This document shows positions 20,053 to 30,641 of a DNA stretch of 64,000 nucleotides, piece by piece. Below the pieces are notes generated by a model. The model saw only the letters and a program-made list of their open reading frames with translations, ran no database searches and had not been told where the DNA came from. The stretch covers positions 5,774 through 69,773 of the forward strand of contig JAHITE010000080.1 of assembly GCA_018817585.1 (NCBI GenBank). The letters run 5' to 3'. Within the stretch, counting starts at the first letter, position 1. The number at the start of each line of letters is the position of its first letter. This DNA comes from Candidatus Omnitrophota bacterium (GTDB lineage Bacteria; Omnitrophota; Gorgyraeia; B26-G9). Both the position numbers and the translations under genes were made by a program.

Positions 20053-20457
20053 ATGAGGGTTGTTGTGGAAAAAAATATTTTAATTGTTGAAGATGAGGCA
20101 ATAATAGCATCCAGTTTAAAGCTGTGTTTAAACAATCTTGGCTACAATGTGTTTAAAGTCGTCTCTAATGGAGAAGATGCCATAGAGAGTTCGGAGAAAA
20201 ATAATCCGGATGTAATCCTTATGGATATTAGATTGCGCGGGCAAAAGAACGGATATGAAACTGTAATCGCGATCCGGAAAAGCTCCAATACTCCGGTGAT
20301 CTATTTGACAGGAGGAGACCCGGATCAAATAGACGAAAAAGCAAAAGATACTAAGCCGTATGATTATATTATCAAGCCGTTTGATATAGCTGTGTTAACG
20401 GAGAAAATAGAAAAAATTACCGATAAAAAAAATAAAAAACAAACGAAGAAAAAATAA
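20053..20457 (+). CDS. Single-domain response regulator
   Basis: ILIVEDE, DVILMDI, YLTG, IIKPF. Confidence 0.92.
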   Translation: MRVVVEKNILIVEDEAIIASSLKLCLNNLGYNVFKVVSNGEDAIESSEKNNPDVILMDIRLRGQKNGYETVIAIRKSSNTPVIYLTGGDPDQIDEKAKDTKPYDYIIKPFDIAVLTEKIEKITDKKNKKQTKKK

Positions 20458-20657
20458 AGGAAGTTAATTATAGAAAGGAGAAAACAAACAATGGGTGTAA
20501 TGCTATGAGATGTGGGTGAGGCTGCCTTTCATTAGCGTGGTGATCTTAGTCGGGTTGGGGTGCTTTGTAGAGAAGCGGAATGTTTAGGGAATAAAAGGTA
20601 AAAACGCGGGGAGAGAGTTTCTTCCATACAGATTTACAAAAAAGGAAGGTGTGTGTT

Positions 20658-21437
20658 ATGAGTAAAAATTATTTTAAAATGTTTTTTTCAATGACCGTTG
20701 CTGTTTTGTTGTTTTCGAGCGTATTGGCGTATGCCTCTGAAATGGATGCCCGGATTGAATCATCCGCGAAGCAGTCCTACGTGTTCAAAACGTATCTCAA
20801 AAACGACTCTATTAAAATCCAGTCTATGGATGGCGCTGTCACCTTGACAGGAACGGTTGCCGAGGAATCGCATATATTATTAGCTGGAGAGACTTTGGCG
20901 AGCCTGCCAGGGGTCAAAAAAGTGGATAATAATCTGGTATTCGATGGTAAGTCTCAGGAAAAAAATTCTGACGGTTGGATCAGCCTGCAGATCAAAAGTT
21001 CTCTGCTTTTTAACCGTAATGTAAGCGGGATCAATACTCAGGTTTTCGTAAAGGACGGAATCGTAACCTTAAAAGGCGAAGCCGCTAATCAGGCGCAAAA
21101 AGATCTGGCCGGCGCGTATTCCAGAGACGTTAGCGGGGTTAAAGATGTAAAAAATGAAATAACAATAGCTAAAATACCAGCCGAACCAAAACAGACAATG
21201 GGTGAGAAAATAGATGACGCGTCGATTACCGCGCAAGTCAAGGTAGCTTTCTTGTCGCATCATTCAACCAGTGCTTTCAAAACCGGAGTTCAGACAAATA
21301 ACGGAGTAGTAACTTTAACCGGCAATGCCGTCAACTCAGCGTCAAAAGACATGGCCGGCAAGGTAGCTAATGATGTAAATGGCGTTACACAGGTAATTAA
21401 TAATATGACTGTAGATCAAATAATATCAAAGAACTAA
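20658..21437 (+). CDS. BON-domain (OsmY-like) periplasmic protein with three BON domains
   Basis: Signal peptide and repeated G.VTL.G...GV..V.N motifs, plus DDASITAQVK. Confidence 0.9.
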   Translation: MSKNYFKMFFSMTVAVLLFSSVLAYASEMDARIESSAKQSYVFKTYLKNDSIKIQSMDGAVTLTGTVAEESHILLAGETLASLPGVKKVDNNLVFDGKSQEKNSDGWISLQIKSSLLFNRNVSGINTQVFVKDGIVTLKGEAANQAQKDLAGAYSRDVSGVKDVKNEITIAKIPAEPKQTMGEKIDDASITAQVKVAFLSHHSTSAFKTGVQTNNGVVTLTGNAVNSASKDMAGKVANDVNGVTQVINNMTVDQIISKN

Positions 21438-21526
21438 ATGCGTGTGTGTTGCTTGCGGTGTTTGCTGTAGGATGCCGCCAGTAGCGGTTTTTAATATTTA
21501 TAATTAACGAAGAAAAGGAGATTATT

Positions 21527-21694
21527 ATGTTGAATTATTCAGTTACGTTTTTTGTTATTGCCATTATCGCGGCGTTGTTAGGTTTTACCGGGATCGCGGG
21601 GGCGGCTATGGATATTGCTAAGATTTTGTTTTTTGTATTCTTGATTTTAGCAATTGTTATGTTAGTTTTGGGAAGAAAAGGAACGTCTGTATGA
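21527..21694 (+). CDS. DUF1328 (UPF0391/YtjA-like) small membrane protein, 55 aa
   Basis: Absent from the ORF track. It reads [44 protein letters not shown] and has an AGGAG RBS. Confidence 0.9.
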   Translation: MLNYSVTFFVIAIIAALLGFTGIAGAAMDIAKILFFVFLILAIVMLVLGRKGTSV

Positions 21695-21717
21695 ATGCGA
21701 AAAATGAGAGGTTGAAA

Positions 21718-22596
21718 ATGAAATACAATTATTTGATTATTTTAACAATCGCGGTGTTTGCTCTGGTTTTTTTCAGCCCCACCGCGGGGTTTGCTTTTTT
21801 TCTAGAATCAACGGATAGTTTTGCTGTTTTGGGGCATGAAACGGTGACCAACGGCCACAGCGACCCAAACCTGACAACTCAAATCTACGGGAATTTGGGA
21901 GTGGCGCCAGGAACTTCGGTCACGGGATTTTATCCTGACGGGGCCGTAAGCGGAGGAACGATACACATAAATGATGGTGTCGCGCAGCTTGCTTTGGCAG
22001 ACGCAGCGAACGTGTATAATACGCTGGCAGGTTTGCCATTTGTTTACGACTATACTGGTTTTGTCTTGGGTTCAGCGGGATACACTACTCTTACTCCAGG
22101 TGTCTATCATTTTGACACATCGGCTCAATTGACAGGAGCACTTACTCTTGATTTTCAAAATAACCCCGATGCGGACTTTATTTTCCAGATAGGGAGTTCG
22201 CTCACGACCGCAAGCAATTCTTCAATTAATGTAATCAATGGGAATTCCCTTAGCGGTGTGTATTGGCAGGTCGGAAGTTCCGCGACCCTAGGCACAGACA
22301 CGATTTTCGCCGGAAATATTCTTGCGCTTGCGAGTGTTAGCCTTGATCCTCGCGCAGAGATTCTTTGCGGGAGGGCTTTCGCGCTAACTGGGGCAGTGAC
22401 GTTGGTAGATAATTTTATTTCTAACAATAACACAGCCGAAGACTTCGGCAGCGGCCGCTCAGACTTTGGCAGTTACGGCTTTAGCGGCGGTAACGGTAGC
22501 AACGGCGGCAGTACAACACCGGTTCCGGAACCGGCAACAATGTTGTTGCTCGGGCCGGCATTAATCGGGTTGGTTGGAAAAAGGATGATAAATTAA
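21718..22596 (+). CDS. DUF3494 ice-binding-like protein with PEP-CTERM sorting signal
   Basis: FAVLG, TLTPGVY, FIFQIGSSLTTA, VYWQVGSSATLG, GNILA, and C-terminal VPEPATMLLLG. Confidence 0.88.
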   Translation: MKYNYLIILTIAVFALVFFSPTAGFAFFLESTDSFAVLGHETVTNGHSDPNLTTQIYGNLGVAPGTSVTGFYPDGAVSGGTIHINDGVAQLALADAANVYNTLAGLPFVYDYTGFVLGSAGYTTLTPGVYHFDTSAQLTGALTLDFQNNPDADFIFQIGSSLTTASNSSINVINGNSLSGVYWQVGSSATLGTDTIFAGNILALASVSLDPRAEILCGRAFALTGAVTLVDNFISNNNTAEDFGSGRSDFGSYGFSGGNGSNGGSTTPVPEPATMLLLGPALIGLVGKRMIN

Positions 22597-22605
22597 GGAG
22601 GGATT

Positions 22606-23061
22606 ATGTTAAAAAAATTAGGAAAGGTTTTTTATGTTTTAACCTGTGCTGTTTTAATTCTTCAGCTAACTGGGTGCGGGACCATAATGTATCCTGACCG
22701 CAGAGGCCAAAAAGGCGGGAGGATTGATGTTGGGGTTGCTGTTTTAGATGGGGTTGGTTTATTTTTCTTTCTGATCCCCGGGATTATTGCTTATGCTGTT
22801 GACTTTTCTACAGGGGCGATTTACCTGCCAGGGGGACTAGCCCGGGGTCCTTTAGATATAAAACAGGTAAAATTTGATCCTAAAAATAGCAGTATGGCAG
22901 ACATTGAAGAAATTGTTAAAAAAGAAACAGGATGTGATGTAAGTTTGTACGGGAGCAAGATGCAGATTGTTAAAATGGAGTCTTCCGAGGAAATGATGAC
23001 GCGTTTTACCGAAGTTTCACCAGGGATAAACAATAATCGTGTTGTTTTAAGCATGAAATAA
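22606..23061 (+). CDS. Conserved hypothetical lipoprotein
   Basis: Lipobox LTGC, then GTIMYPDRRGQ and AVDFSTGAIYLP. GGAGG RBS. Confidence 0.75.
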   Translation: MLKKLGKVFYVLTCAVLILQLTGCGTIMYPDRRGQKGGRIDVGVAVLDGVGLFFFLIPGIIAYAVDFSTGAIYLPGGLARGPLDIKQVKFDPKNSSMADIEEIVKKETGCDVSLYGSKMQIVKMESSEEMMTRFTEVSPGINNNRVVLSMK

Positions 23062-23091
23062 TCCTGTAATGTTAAAAGAAAGGAAGGCAAT

Positions 23092-23286
23092 ATGAATAAA
23101 AGTATGTCGGCTGCATTGCTGGTTGCAGGGGTTATTTTGTTGTTTTTTGGGTTTAGCGCCTACCACTCAGCGAGTTCCGATGTTTCGCGTTTTTTCACGG
23201 GCGCGCCGACGGACAAGGCACTCTGGCTTCTGATCGGCGGAGTGTTTGCGGGAATAGCCGGATTTTTAGGTTTAGTGCGAAAGTAA
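23092..23286 (+). CDS. DUF3185 family small membrane protein
   Basis: SDVSRFFTGAPTDKALWLLIGG. Confidence 0.85.
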   Translation: MNKSMSAALLVAGVILLFFGFSAYHSASSDVSRFFTGAPTDKALWLLIGGVFAGIAGFLGLVRK

Positions 23287-23354
23287 GAATGTTGCGGCAT
23301 CAGATAGCCAATAAATTGTACTAAAGCAAATCCTGGATAAGGGAGGAGGAAGAC

Positions 23355-23492
23355 ATGGCAGATAAGAATAATTTATCTCGGTCAATATCTGAATTCTTGA
23401 AGCCATTTATCATCGCGGTTATAATTGTTATTATCGCGTGGATACTTGGCAAAGGTGTTTTAACCCTTATTTCTTCTCTAAAACAAATGTAA
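23355..23492 (+). CDS. Small single-TM protein, 45 aa
   Basis: Strong GGAGGAGG RBS. It reads MADKNNLSRSISEFLKPFIIAVIIVIIAWILGKGVLTLISSLKQM. Confidence 0.55.
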   Translation: MADKNNLSRSISEFLKPFIIAVIIVIIAWILGKGVLTLISSLKQM

Positions 23493-23548
23493 TGGTTTTT
23501 TGTCTTTAAGGATAAATCCAGTAAAGAGATAAAAGAGAGATTAAAATT

Positions 23549-24586
23549 ATGAATGATTACCTTTTTTCTGGTATTTTAATAGTTTCCGGTTTTGCTGCCG
23601 GGTGGATTCTTTATTTTCTTACCCTGTTTTTAATTAAACGGCGGGGGGCTGTTTCCTTAGGATTGCTAAAAGTCAACCTGGGGATTCTCAAAATTCCGTT
23701 ACGTTTTTTGATGCCCGCTTTATGTATCGCAGGGGTTATCCCTTTCTTGCGACTGACGGAAAAAGTGAGGGGCGGGGTTAGCCAGTTTATTCAAATTCTG
23801 CTTATCGCTTTGTTTGGCTGGGTTGCCGTAAAGGTTATTTACATCGTTCGCGACGCGCTTTTGAACAGTTATGATATTAGTGTTCAGGACAATGTACATG
23901 CCCGCAGTATGCAGACACAAATACGTATGGTCGCGAATATCATATGTGTGGTTATAGTTGTGTTAAGCGTTTCTTTTATTCTGATGAGTTTCTCGCAAGT
24001 CAGGCATATCGGGGTAAGTATACTTGCTTCTGCGGGAATTGTCGGCATAGTTATAGGCTTTGCCGCGCAAAAAACATTAGGGAATCTTATTGCCGGTATT
24101 CAAATAGCTATTGCTCAGCCAATTCGTCTGGATGATGTGGTGATTGTTGAAGATGAATGGGGCTGGATTGAGGAAATTACGCTCACTTTTGTGGTAGTGC
24201 GTATCTGGGATCTAAGGCGTTTGGTGGTTCCCATATCATATTTTCTCGAAAAACCGTTTCAGAATTGGACACGAACCTCGGCGGATTTGCTGGGAACTGT
24301 TTTTATATATACAGATTACACTGTACCCGTAGAAGAAGTACGGAATGAATTAACAAGTATTCTGGAAAATAATTCCAAGTGGGACAAAAAGGTCAATGTG
24401 CTGCAGGTAACCAATGCTACTGAAAAAACAGTTGAACTGCGGGCGCTGATGAGCGCGACGGATTCTCCTACGGCCTGGGATTTACGCTGTGAAGTCAGGG
24501 AAAAGCTTCTGGAGTTTTTGCAGCAGCGTTTTCCGGAATGTTTGCCGCGGATACGCGTTGAAATGAATAAGAGGGAATCAGCCTGA
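23549..24586 (+). CDS. MscS-family mechanosensitive channel
   Basis: IGFAAQKTLGNLIAG, IRLDDVV, WDLRRLVVPISYFLEKPFQNW. Confidence 0.92.
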   Translation: MNDYLFSGILIVSGFAAGWILYFLTLFLIKRRGAVSLGLLKVNLGILKIPLRFLMPALCIAGVIPFLRLTEKVRGGVSQFIQILLIALFGWVAVKVIYIVRDALLNSYDISVQDNVHARSMQTQIRMVANIICVVIVVLSVSFILMSFSQVRHIGVSILASAGIVGIVIGFAAQKTLGNLIAGIQIAIAQPIRLDDVVIVEDEWGWIEEITLTFVVVRIWDLRRLVVPISYFLEKPFQNWTRTSADLLGTVFIYTDYTVPVEEVRNELTSILENNSKWDKKVNVLQVTNATEKTVELRALMSATDSPTAWDLRCEVREKLLEFLQQRFPECLPRIRVEMNKRESA

Positions 24587-24625
24587 TATGAGCGGTGTTT
24601 TAATGAGGCAAATACAGAAATTCCG

Positions 24626-25897
24626 ATGAATTTATCAAGGAATAACTTCTTTCTGGATAAAAAAATTAAGGCCTGGAGGAAGAAATATATGTTACCCGTG
24701 ACTGCATTTAATATCACGAGTATCTTATCAATAATCGCAGCGCGGAGGATATTAAGCGCTGCGGTTATTTTTTTTGTGCTGTTCGGCAATGTGGGCAAAG
24801 GCAGTCGTATTTTCGCGAAAACCGCAGAACAAGACCCAGTTATAGTTCAAGAAGTGAACAATGATTATTCGCAGGCCAAAAATAATGGCTTTGCTGCAGC
24901 AGAAGCCTCTGCCCCGAATTCGCCAGAATTAATATCCCGCACAGTTGAACCTGTTGCTGAATCATGGAAAAATTCCGAAGGTTTTAGCGGAAAAATCGAT
25001 TGGATTCACGCGAATTTTTTTAAAGCATTTCAAAATCAAGTACAGAAATTTGATTACTGGTTTAAGCCTCCGAAAGGGGAAGAACGGATTATTGAGTTAT
25101 CGCGCTTTAGGGTTGGCGTATTCGGAGAAGGTAAAATTAAAAAAGATAATCGTCTAAAAGTAAATTCACTGGTAGATTTTGACGCGAATATTGAATTGCC
25201 GAACATGCAGCGGCGGATGAAGCTCAGGATTACTACTCGGGACCCGACCACGCTGCCAGGAAGAGATATTCTGGAACAACAGGACACTGCGGTACGAGCT
25301 GCTGTTTCTCGGCAATGGTGGCAAAACATATCTACAGATATTGGTGTTCGGACGCGCTGGCAGCCGGAGTTATTTGCCAATACAGTCTGGACTTCGGAGT
25401 GGAAAAAAGAAATATGCACGCTGTATTCGGAGCAAAGATTTTATTGGGAAGAAGAGGAAGGTTTTGGTGAGATATCGACATTGGCATTTGATTATTGGAA
25501 AGATCGCTGGAATACACGATTTTCTACATCAATTAAGTGGAGCGAACAGGATAGAGATGATGACCGCCAAAACGAACTAAGAGATGAAGGGTTTCGCTGG
25601 TCTGAAGTGTTTATTTTTGGCTATGTTTCTGAATTGCTGGATGAGACACGGCTTAACCGAGTGATTTCCGGTGAAGATGTAGCTCACGGATGGGGGCTTC
25701 GGCTGGCTGGATTTGGCAAGTTTCATCTTGTAGACGAATATAGAGCGGGAGCATTTTATAGGTTTCCTGTGCGCAAGAAATGGATGTATTTTATGATTGG
25801 ACCGGATATTAATTGGGCGAACACAAATGACTGGGACCGCGAGTGGACGATTAAATGCGGTGTGGAGATGTTGTTCTGGGGAGGTAAAGAACGTTAG
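24626..25897 (+). CDS. Hypothetical protein, probable outer-membrane beta-barrel
   Basis: Trp/aromatic-rich amphipathic strands and C-terminal GVEMLFW. The start is uncertain. Confidence 0.6.
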   Translation: MNLSRNNFFLDKKIKAWRKKYMLPVTAFNITSILSIIAARRILSAAVIFFVLFGNVGKGSRIFAKTAEQDPVIVQEVNNDYSQAKNNGFAAAEASAPNSPELISRTVEPVAESWKNSEGFSGKIDWIHANFFKAFQNQVQKFDYWFKPPKGEERIIELSRFRVGVFGEGKIKKDNRLKVNSLVDFDANIELPNMQRRMKLRITTRDPTTLPGRDILEQQDTAVRAAVSRQWWQNISTDIGVRTRWQPELFANTVWTSEWKKEICTLYSEQRFYWEEEEGFGEISTLAFDYWKDRWNTRFSTSIKWSEQDRDDDRQNELRDEGFRWSEVFIFGYVSELLDETRLNRVISGEDVAHGWGLRLAGFGKFHLVDEYRAGAFYRFPVRKKWMYFMIGPDINWANTNDWDREWTIKCGVEMLFWGGKER

Positions 25898-25931
25898 GAA
25901 TAAAGTGGACTTTTTCTAAATACTGTTTTGT

Positions 25932-25958
25932 GTAGGGGCCGGTCCCTGTGCCGGCCCG
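25932..25958 (+). repeat. GTAG-family REP palindrome
   Basis: GTAGGGGCCGGTCCCTGTGCCGGCCCG between convergent genes. Confidence 0.75.
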
Positions 25959-25971
25959 TTATCGGATCTAT

Positions 25972-28227
25972 CTATATACCCAACACTGTGTACATTTTGA
26001 TCAATGAGATTATCCAAGCCAATGAGGATTCCGCGCCTTGATTCGCGCTGACTCCATAACTTTCGATCCCATCACCGCAACCGCCGGTTTTATAATCATA
26101 TACCGGAGTTTGCAGGTCATTTTGCCCCATGAACCAGGATAGGCATCTTTCACTTTCCTGCAGCCAGGGTTTTTCTTGTGTGCTGATATAAACATCTAAA
26201 CAGGCATTTATTAAACTCATGACTTCGATTGGCTGTTGACCAAATTTAGAATGATTACCTTGTTTGTCGAGCCAGCCAGCATTGCCGATCAATGACAAAT
26301 GTCCATCTGAGGCTGTTTGAACTTTAAGCAGCCATTTTAGTGATTTTATTCCCATTTCATACATGTCTGGATTCGGCATAGCTTGCCCTGCGATAATTAA
26401 CGCGTGTGGTAAAAGAGCATTGGCATATGTTGCTTTTTCTTCACACCACGGCCACTGATCAGTAGCATTGTTTTTAAACAGCTGATATATTTTATCAGCC
26501 AAAAGATTCCGCATATTACAGGCATCGGTATCTCCTCCGTAAACAGTCAGATATGCTTGCAGTCCGAGGATCGAAAAGGCCCAGGCTCTTGGCGAAGTAA
26601 ATGGTTCGATTGCCGGCAGAGCTTCTTTAAATAAAAGCATGCTAATGTTGCGAATTGAATCATCTGGAGCTTCTTTAACCATCACACCTAAACCCCAAAG
26701 AGCGCGGCCATGAGAATCCTCACTACCGGGTTGTTCAAGCCAACGACGATCATAAGTCATAAAATTACGGAACCGGCCGGTAATTTCATTAAAGGCATAA
26801 TATAAAAATGCCAAATATGTCTGCAGCAAAGGTAATACAGTTTTATCTTTACGCAATGAATAATACATTGCAGTCGCGATTAATGCGCGGGCATTATCAT
26901 CAACACAATAACCGTGATGAAGATTCGGGGTTGTGTATTTTGCATGTTGAAGTATGCCTGTGCTATCAGATAAAGTTCTTAAATGAGATAAATTGATTTC
27001 AGGGAGCTCATTAAATATTTTATGATATTCCCAAACAACATCTTCTAAGTTATCTAAAGATTTCCGTTTATTTATATCGGAAATTATATCAAAATGCTGT
27101 CTGGCGACCTCTTTCCAGATCATATTCCGTCCATAATTATATGCCTTAAGCCGCATGGTCTCACGTTTTTTATTATTATCTAATAACTCATTGATTGTAT
27201 TTGACATGGCAGCTGAATCATTAAACGGCACAAGACATCCCCGACCATCAGCCAATAGTTCTTCGGCATACCAGAACGGAGTTGAAACAATTGCCGCGCC
27301 TACTCCTAAGGCATAGGCAAGTGTTCCTGATGTTATCTGTTCTTTTTTTAAATAAGGAATTGAGTATATTTTTGAAGTTTGAAGATACTGCACAAGGGTA
27401 TCAAGTTCCACAAAATGATTATGAAAAACTACATGCTTATCCATTTTTAATTTCTTGATCAACTGCTGTAAACCATGACGGTAAGAATCACCTGCTTTAT
27501 CTAATATATGAGGATGCGTTTTTCCTAAAATTAAATAAGTCGCGTTGGGATGTTTTTTTACAATTGCCGGAAGGGCTTCAATCATATTTTCAATGCCTTT
27601 ATTCGGGCCGAGAAGACCAAAAGTAAGGATGACATCTCTATTTTCCAAGGCAAACAGTTTATTGTGTAATCCCTGCTTGGCATAAGAAACATCCGGTATC
27701 CCGTGCGGAACAAAACAGACCATTTCACGGTCAATACCATAAACTCGGGTTAAAAGATCAAAGGCTTTTTTACTCATAACAAGCAGGCGGTCAGAATACT
27801 TTGCCAGGCCATCCATTACTTTTCGCTGTCCGTATGTAGGATTTTCAAGTACTGTATGCAGATTCGTAAGCACAGGCATCTTTAAGGATTTTAACATGTG
27901 AAGAATATAGGACCCGTCTTCACCGCCAAAGATCCCATACTCGTGCTGAAGAATCGCGGTTTCATATTGATTAACATTAATATAATCCGCTGCCCAATAA
28001 TAATCAGATTGAATGTTTTGCTGAACTCTGAATTTTACAGGCGATGGATAATCATAACCTTCCGGGATATCATCCATCGCGATATTTATTAGATCCTGTT
28101 CAACTTTAAGTTCTTTAGCTAAAGCGATACTTAAATCGGTTGTAAAGGTAGCAATCCCGCAATTACGCGGAAGATAATTACCAATAACAGCAATCTTCCC
28201 CAGATTTTTTATTTTCTGTTTATCCAC
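25972..28227 (-). CDS. GT4 glycosyltransferase fused to an (alpha/alpha)6 glycosidase-like domain
   Basis: CGIATFT, QHEYGIFGG, TSGTLAYA, then GYCVDDNARAL, DSHGRALW and NQGAES. Confidence 0.88.
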   Translation of the reverse strand: MDKQKIKNLGKIAVIGNYLPRNCGIATFTTDLSIALAKELKVEQDLINIAMDDIPEGYDYPSPVKFRVQQNIQSDYYWAADYINVNQYETAILQHEYGIFGGEDGSYILHMLKSLKMPVLTNLHTVLENPTYGQRKVMDGLAKYSDRLLVMSKKAFDLLTRVYGIDREMVCFVPHGIPDVSYAKQGLHNKLFALENRDVILTFGLLGPNKGIENMIEALPAIVKKHPNATYLILGKTHPHILDKAGDSYRHGLQQLIKKLKMDKHVVFHNHFVELDTLVQYLQTSKIYSIPYLKKEQITSGTLAYALGVGAAIVSTPFWYAEELLADGRGCLVPFNDSAAMSNTINELLDNNKKRETMRLKAYNYGRNMIWKEVARQHFDIISDINKRKSLDNLEDVVWEYHKIFNELPEINLSHLRTLSDSTGILQHAKYTTPNLHHGYCVDDNARALIATAMYYSLRKDKTVLPLLQTYLAFLYYAFNEITGRFRNFMTYDRRWLEQPGSEDSHGRALWGLGVMVKEAPDDSIRNISMLLFKEALPAIEPFTSPRAWAFSILGLQAYLTVYGGDTDACNMRNLLADKIYQLFKNNATDQWPWCEEKATYANALLPHALIIAGQAMPNPDMYEMGIKSLKWLLKVQTASDGHLSLIGNAGWLDKQGNHSKFGQQPIEVMSLINACLDVYISTQEKPWLQESERCLSWFMGQNDLQTPVYDYKTGGCGDGIESYGVSANQGAESSLAWIISLIKMYTVLGI

Positions 28228-28240
28228 TTTATTGTTCCTC

Positions 28241-29689
28241 TTATTTTTTTGATTTCAACATAGTACTTAACAGCTGTTCAACAGCCACGGTTGCTATTCC
28301 TGAATTTGTATCGGACATGGCATAGGGGATGATTAAATCTTTTTTATGGATTATTGCCCCGCAGGAATAGACTACGTTTGGCACATAGCCTTCGCGTTCT
28401 TCTTCTGTGGGGGAGAGTATCGGCTCAACTGTACTTCCGATAACTTTGCTTGGGTTCTTTAGATCCAGGAGTATCGCGCCAATGCAGTATTTACGCATTG
28501 GGCCTACGCCATGCGTTAGGACTATCCAACCTTTTTCGGTTTCAATCGGAGATCCGCAATTGCCTATTTGGAAAAATTCCCAATCATATTCGGGTTCTTT
28601 CAAAAGCTCTACGTTTGGCCAGAAGTGAATATTATCTGATGACATAAGAAATAAATTTTCACCATCAAAGCGGGAAATCATCATATATTTACCGTTTATC
28701 TTTCGGGGAAAAAGAGCCATGCCTTTATTTCCGGCGAATTTACCGTTGAGAGTGATTATTTTAAAATCAAGGAAGTCTTTGGTTACTAATATTTGAGGCA
28801 TGATCTGAAATCCATTATAAGCAGTATAAGTCGCGTAATAAGTGATACTGCTATCGTCATCAATAAACCGGACAAAGCGCGCGTCCTCAATCCCATTACT
28901 ATCATTTTGCGAGCAAGGGAAAATAATTCTTTCGGATAATTTCTGCTCAAGTTTAAAGTGTAATTCATAGTTTGACATAGCCAGCCAGAGTATTGTTTTG
29001 GCATCATCAGAGTTGACTTTATCCGATGCTATACGCAATACAGTTTTTAAGTCAGAAAGCGAAAAATGCTCCTGCAATTGACTATTAATAAAAGCTGAAA
29101 ATTCGTTTTTAACTCCCAATTCTGCCATTTTAAAAAAGAACGATTCCTTGTCATAAACAGGATTACTTACCGTGGTTGCTCTTTCAACATATGGACTGAC
29201 TTTATCAAAACTAAAGTCACCATTTTTATCAACTACTCCTTTTCTGAATTCTATTGAGGAAATATGACCTTCTCCCACGGAGCGAAAACTTATAATAAAA
29301 CGCATGCTTCCTTTAGGCAAATCACTTTGATCAGGATGCTCAATAATAGATGGATTAAAAAATGCCGCGGCCTGAACAGAATATTCTAAAGTAAAATAAG
29401 CGCCTAAAAGGAATCTTTTAGTATCATTTATTTGGATATTCTTCGGGATATAACTTCTTATTTCATTGTAATGTTCACCAAACGAGCCTAATATGTTTTT
29501 ATGCCTAGGGGAAAAATCAGCTATTACTTTGTCTAATGTCTGCTTCGCCTTTTTATCAGAGAGATTTAAAACCCGGGCGATAATTTTCTCTATACGCCCC
29601 TGACCCTGAGGAATATGCGCTTTTGTAATAACTCGTTTTGGATCTGGTTTGAAGATCTTCTTGATTTTTTTAACATTGCAAACTGACAT
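28241..29689 (-). CDS. GH130 family glycosidase/phosphorylase, long form
   Basis: FNPSI, GEGHISSI, NGIEDARF, GNCGSP, REGYVPNVVYSCG. Confidence 0.88.
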   Translation of the reverse strand: MSVCNVKKIKKIFKPDPKRVITKAHIPQGQGRIEKIIARVLNLSDKKAKQTLDKVIADFSPRHKNILGSFGEHYNEIRSYIPKNIQINDTKRFLLGAYFTLEYSVQAAAFFNPSIIEHPDQSDLPKGSMRFIISFRSVGEGHISSIEFRKGVVDKNGDFSFDKVSPYVERATTVSNPVYDKESFFFKMAELGVKNEFSAFINSQLQEHFSLSDLKTVLRIASDKVNSDDAKTILWLAMSNYELHFKLEQKLSERIIFPCSQNDSNGIEDARFVRFIDDDSSITYYATYTAYNGFQIMPQILVTKDFLDFKIITLNGKFAGNKGMALFPRKINGKYMMISRFDGENLFLMSSDNIHFWPNVELLKEPEYDWEFFQIGNCGSPIETEKGWIVLTHGVGPMRKYCIGAILLDLKNPSKVIGSTVEPILSPTEEEREGYVPNVVYSCGAIIHKKDLIIPYAMSDTNSGIATVAVEQLLSTMLKSKK

Positions 29690-29702
29690 TATCGGCTCCT
29701 GA

Positions 29703-30641
29703 TCATAAAGGTTTTCGAGGATTATTAATACACAGTGAAACTAATTTATTTATGTTTGCTTCGCCGACACACATAACGGTATCAGCCCCGCCCCAATAAA
29801 TTTTAACTGAACCATTATCTTCTTGCACCGCGCCGCAGGTAAAAACGACATTAGATACATAGCCGGTTATTTCCCATGGATCTTCCGGCTGAAGTATCCA
29901 TTGATCAGAAACTCCGATAATTATCGATGGGTCATTTAGGTCATGAAGGGCAACACCGAGTCGATATACCGCGCCGGACATTGTATTGAAAACGCCATGA
30001 TAAATATTAAGCCAGCCTTTATCGGTTTTAATCGGCGTAGCGCCCGGGCCGATTTTCATTTCATCCCAATGGTATGGCTCTGGTTTTATTAACAATTTGG
30101 AATTACCCCAATGAACTAAATCCAAAGAATATGATATCCAAATCGACCATTTCGAAATTTCAGAATGAGGTCTGTCGAGCCGGACATATTGTCCTTTTAT
30201 TTTTTCGGGAAATATCACAACATTTCGCGAATCAGCTTGAGTAATTAATGCTATTTTTTCTACTGTTTCAAAATCTTTTGTTTTAGCAAGTCCAATCCTG
30301 ACACCATGTCTGGAATAAGCGCTGTAAGTGAGCAAAAAATCAGTATCTATTTTACTAATCCGCAGATCCTCAACACTATATTCTTCATATTCCCCAAATT
30401 TTGAAACGCTTGAAGGGACTAAAAACGGTTCGGGTTTAACTTTAAAATTATAACCGTCATCACTTCGCGCGATCCCGATAATCGACCGGCCGTTTAATAA
30501 ATGAGAACGAAATAACATAATATATTTATTCTGATATTTAACAACTCCCGCATTATGCACTGTAGCTACAGGATAGGGGACATTATCTTTGGTAAGAATC
30601 GGGTTTCCTTTATAGCGAGTCACGATTTTATCGTTCATCAT
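29703..30641 (-). CDS. GH130 beta-mannoside phosphorylase-like protein
   Basis: HNAGV, EDLRI, KIGPGATP, IYHGV, NVVFTCG, YWGGAD. Confidence 0.9.
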   Translation of the reverse strand: MMNDKIVTRYKGNPILTKDNVPYPVATVHNAGVVKYQNKYIMLFRSHLLNGRSIIGIARSDDGYNFKVKPEPFLVPSSVSKFGEYEEYSVEDLRISKIDTDFLLTYSAYSRHGVRIGLAKTKDFETVEKIALITQADSRNVVIFPEKIKGQYVRLDRPHSEISKWSIWISYSLDLVHWGNSKLLIKPEPYHWDEMKIGPGATPIKTDKGWLNIYHGVFNTMSGAVYRLGVALHDLNDPSIIIGVSDQWILQPEDPWEITGYVSNVVFTCGAVQEDNGSVKIYWGGADTVMCVGEANINKLVSLCINNPRKPL

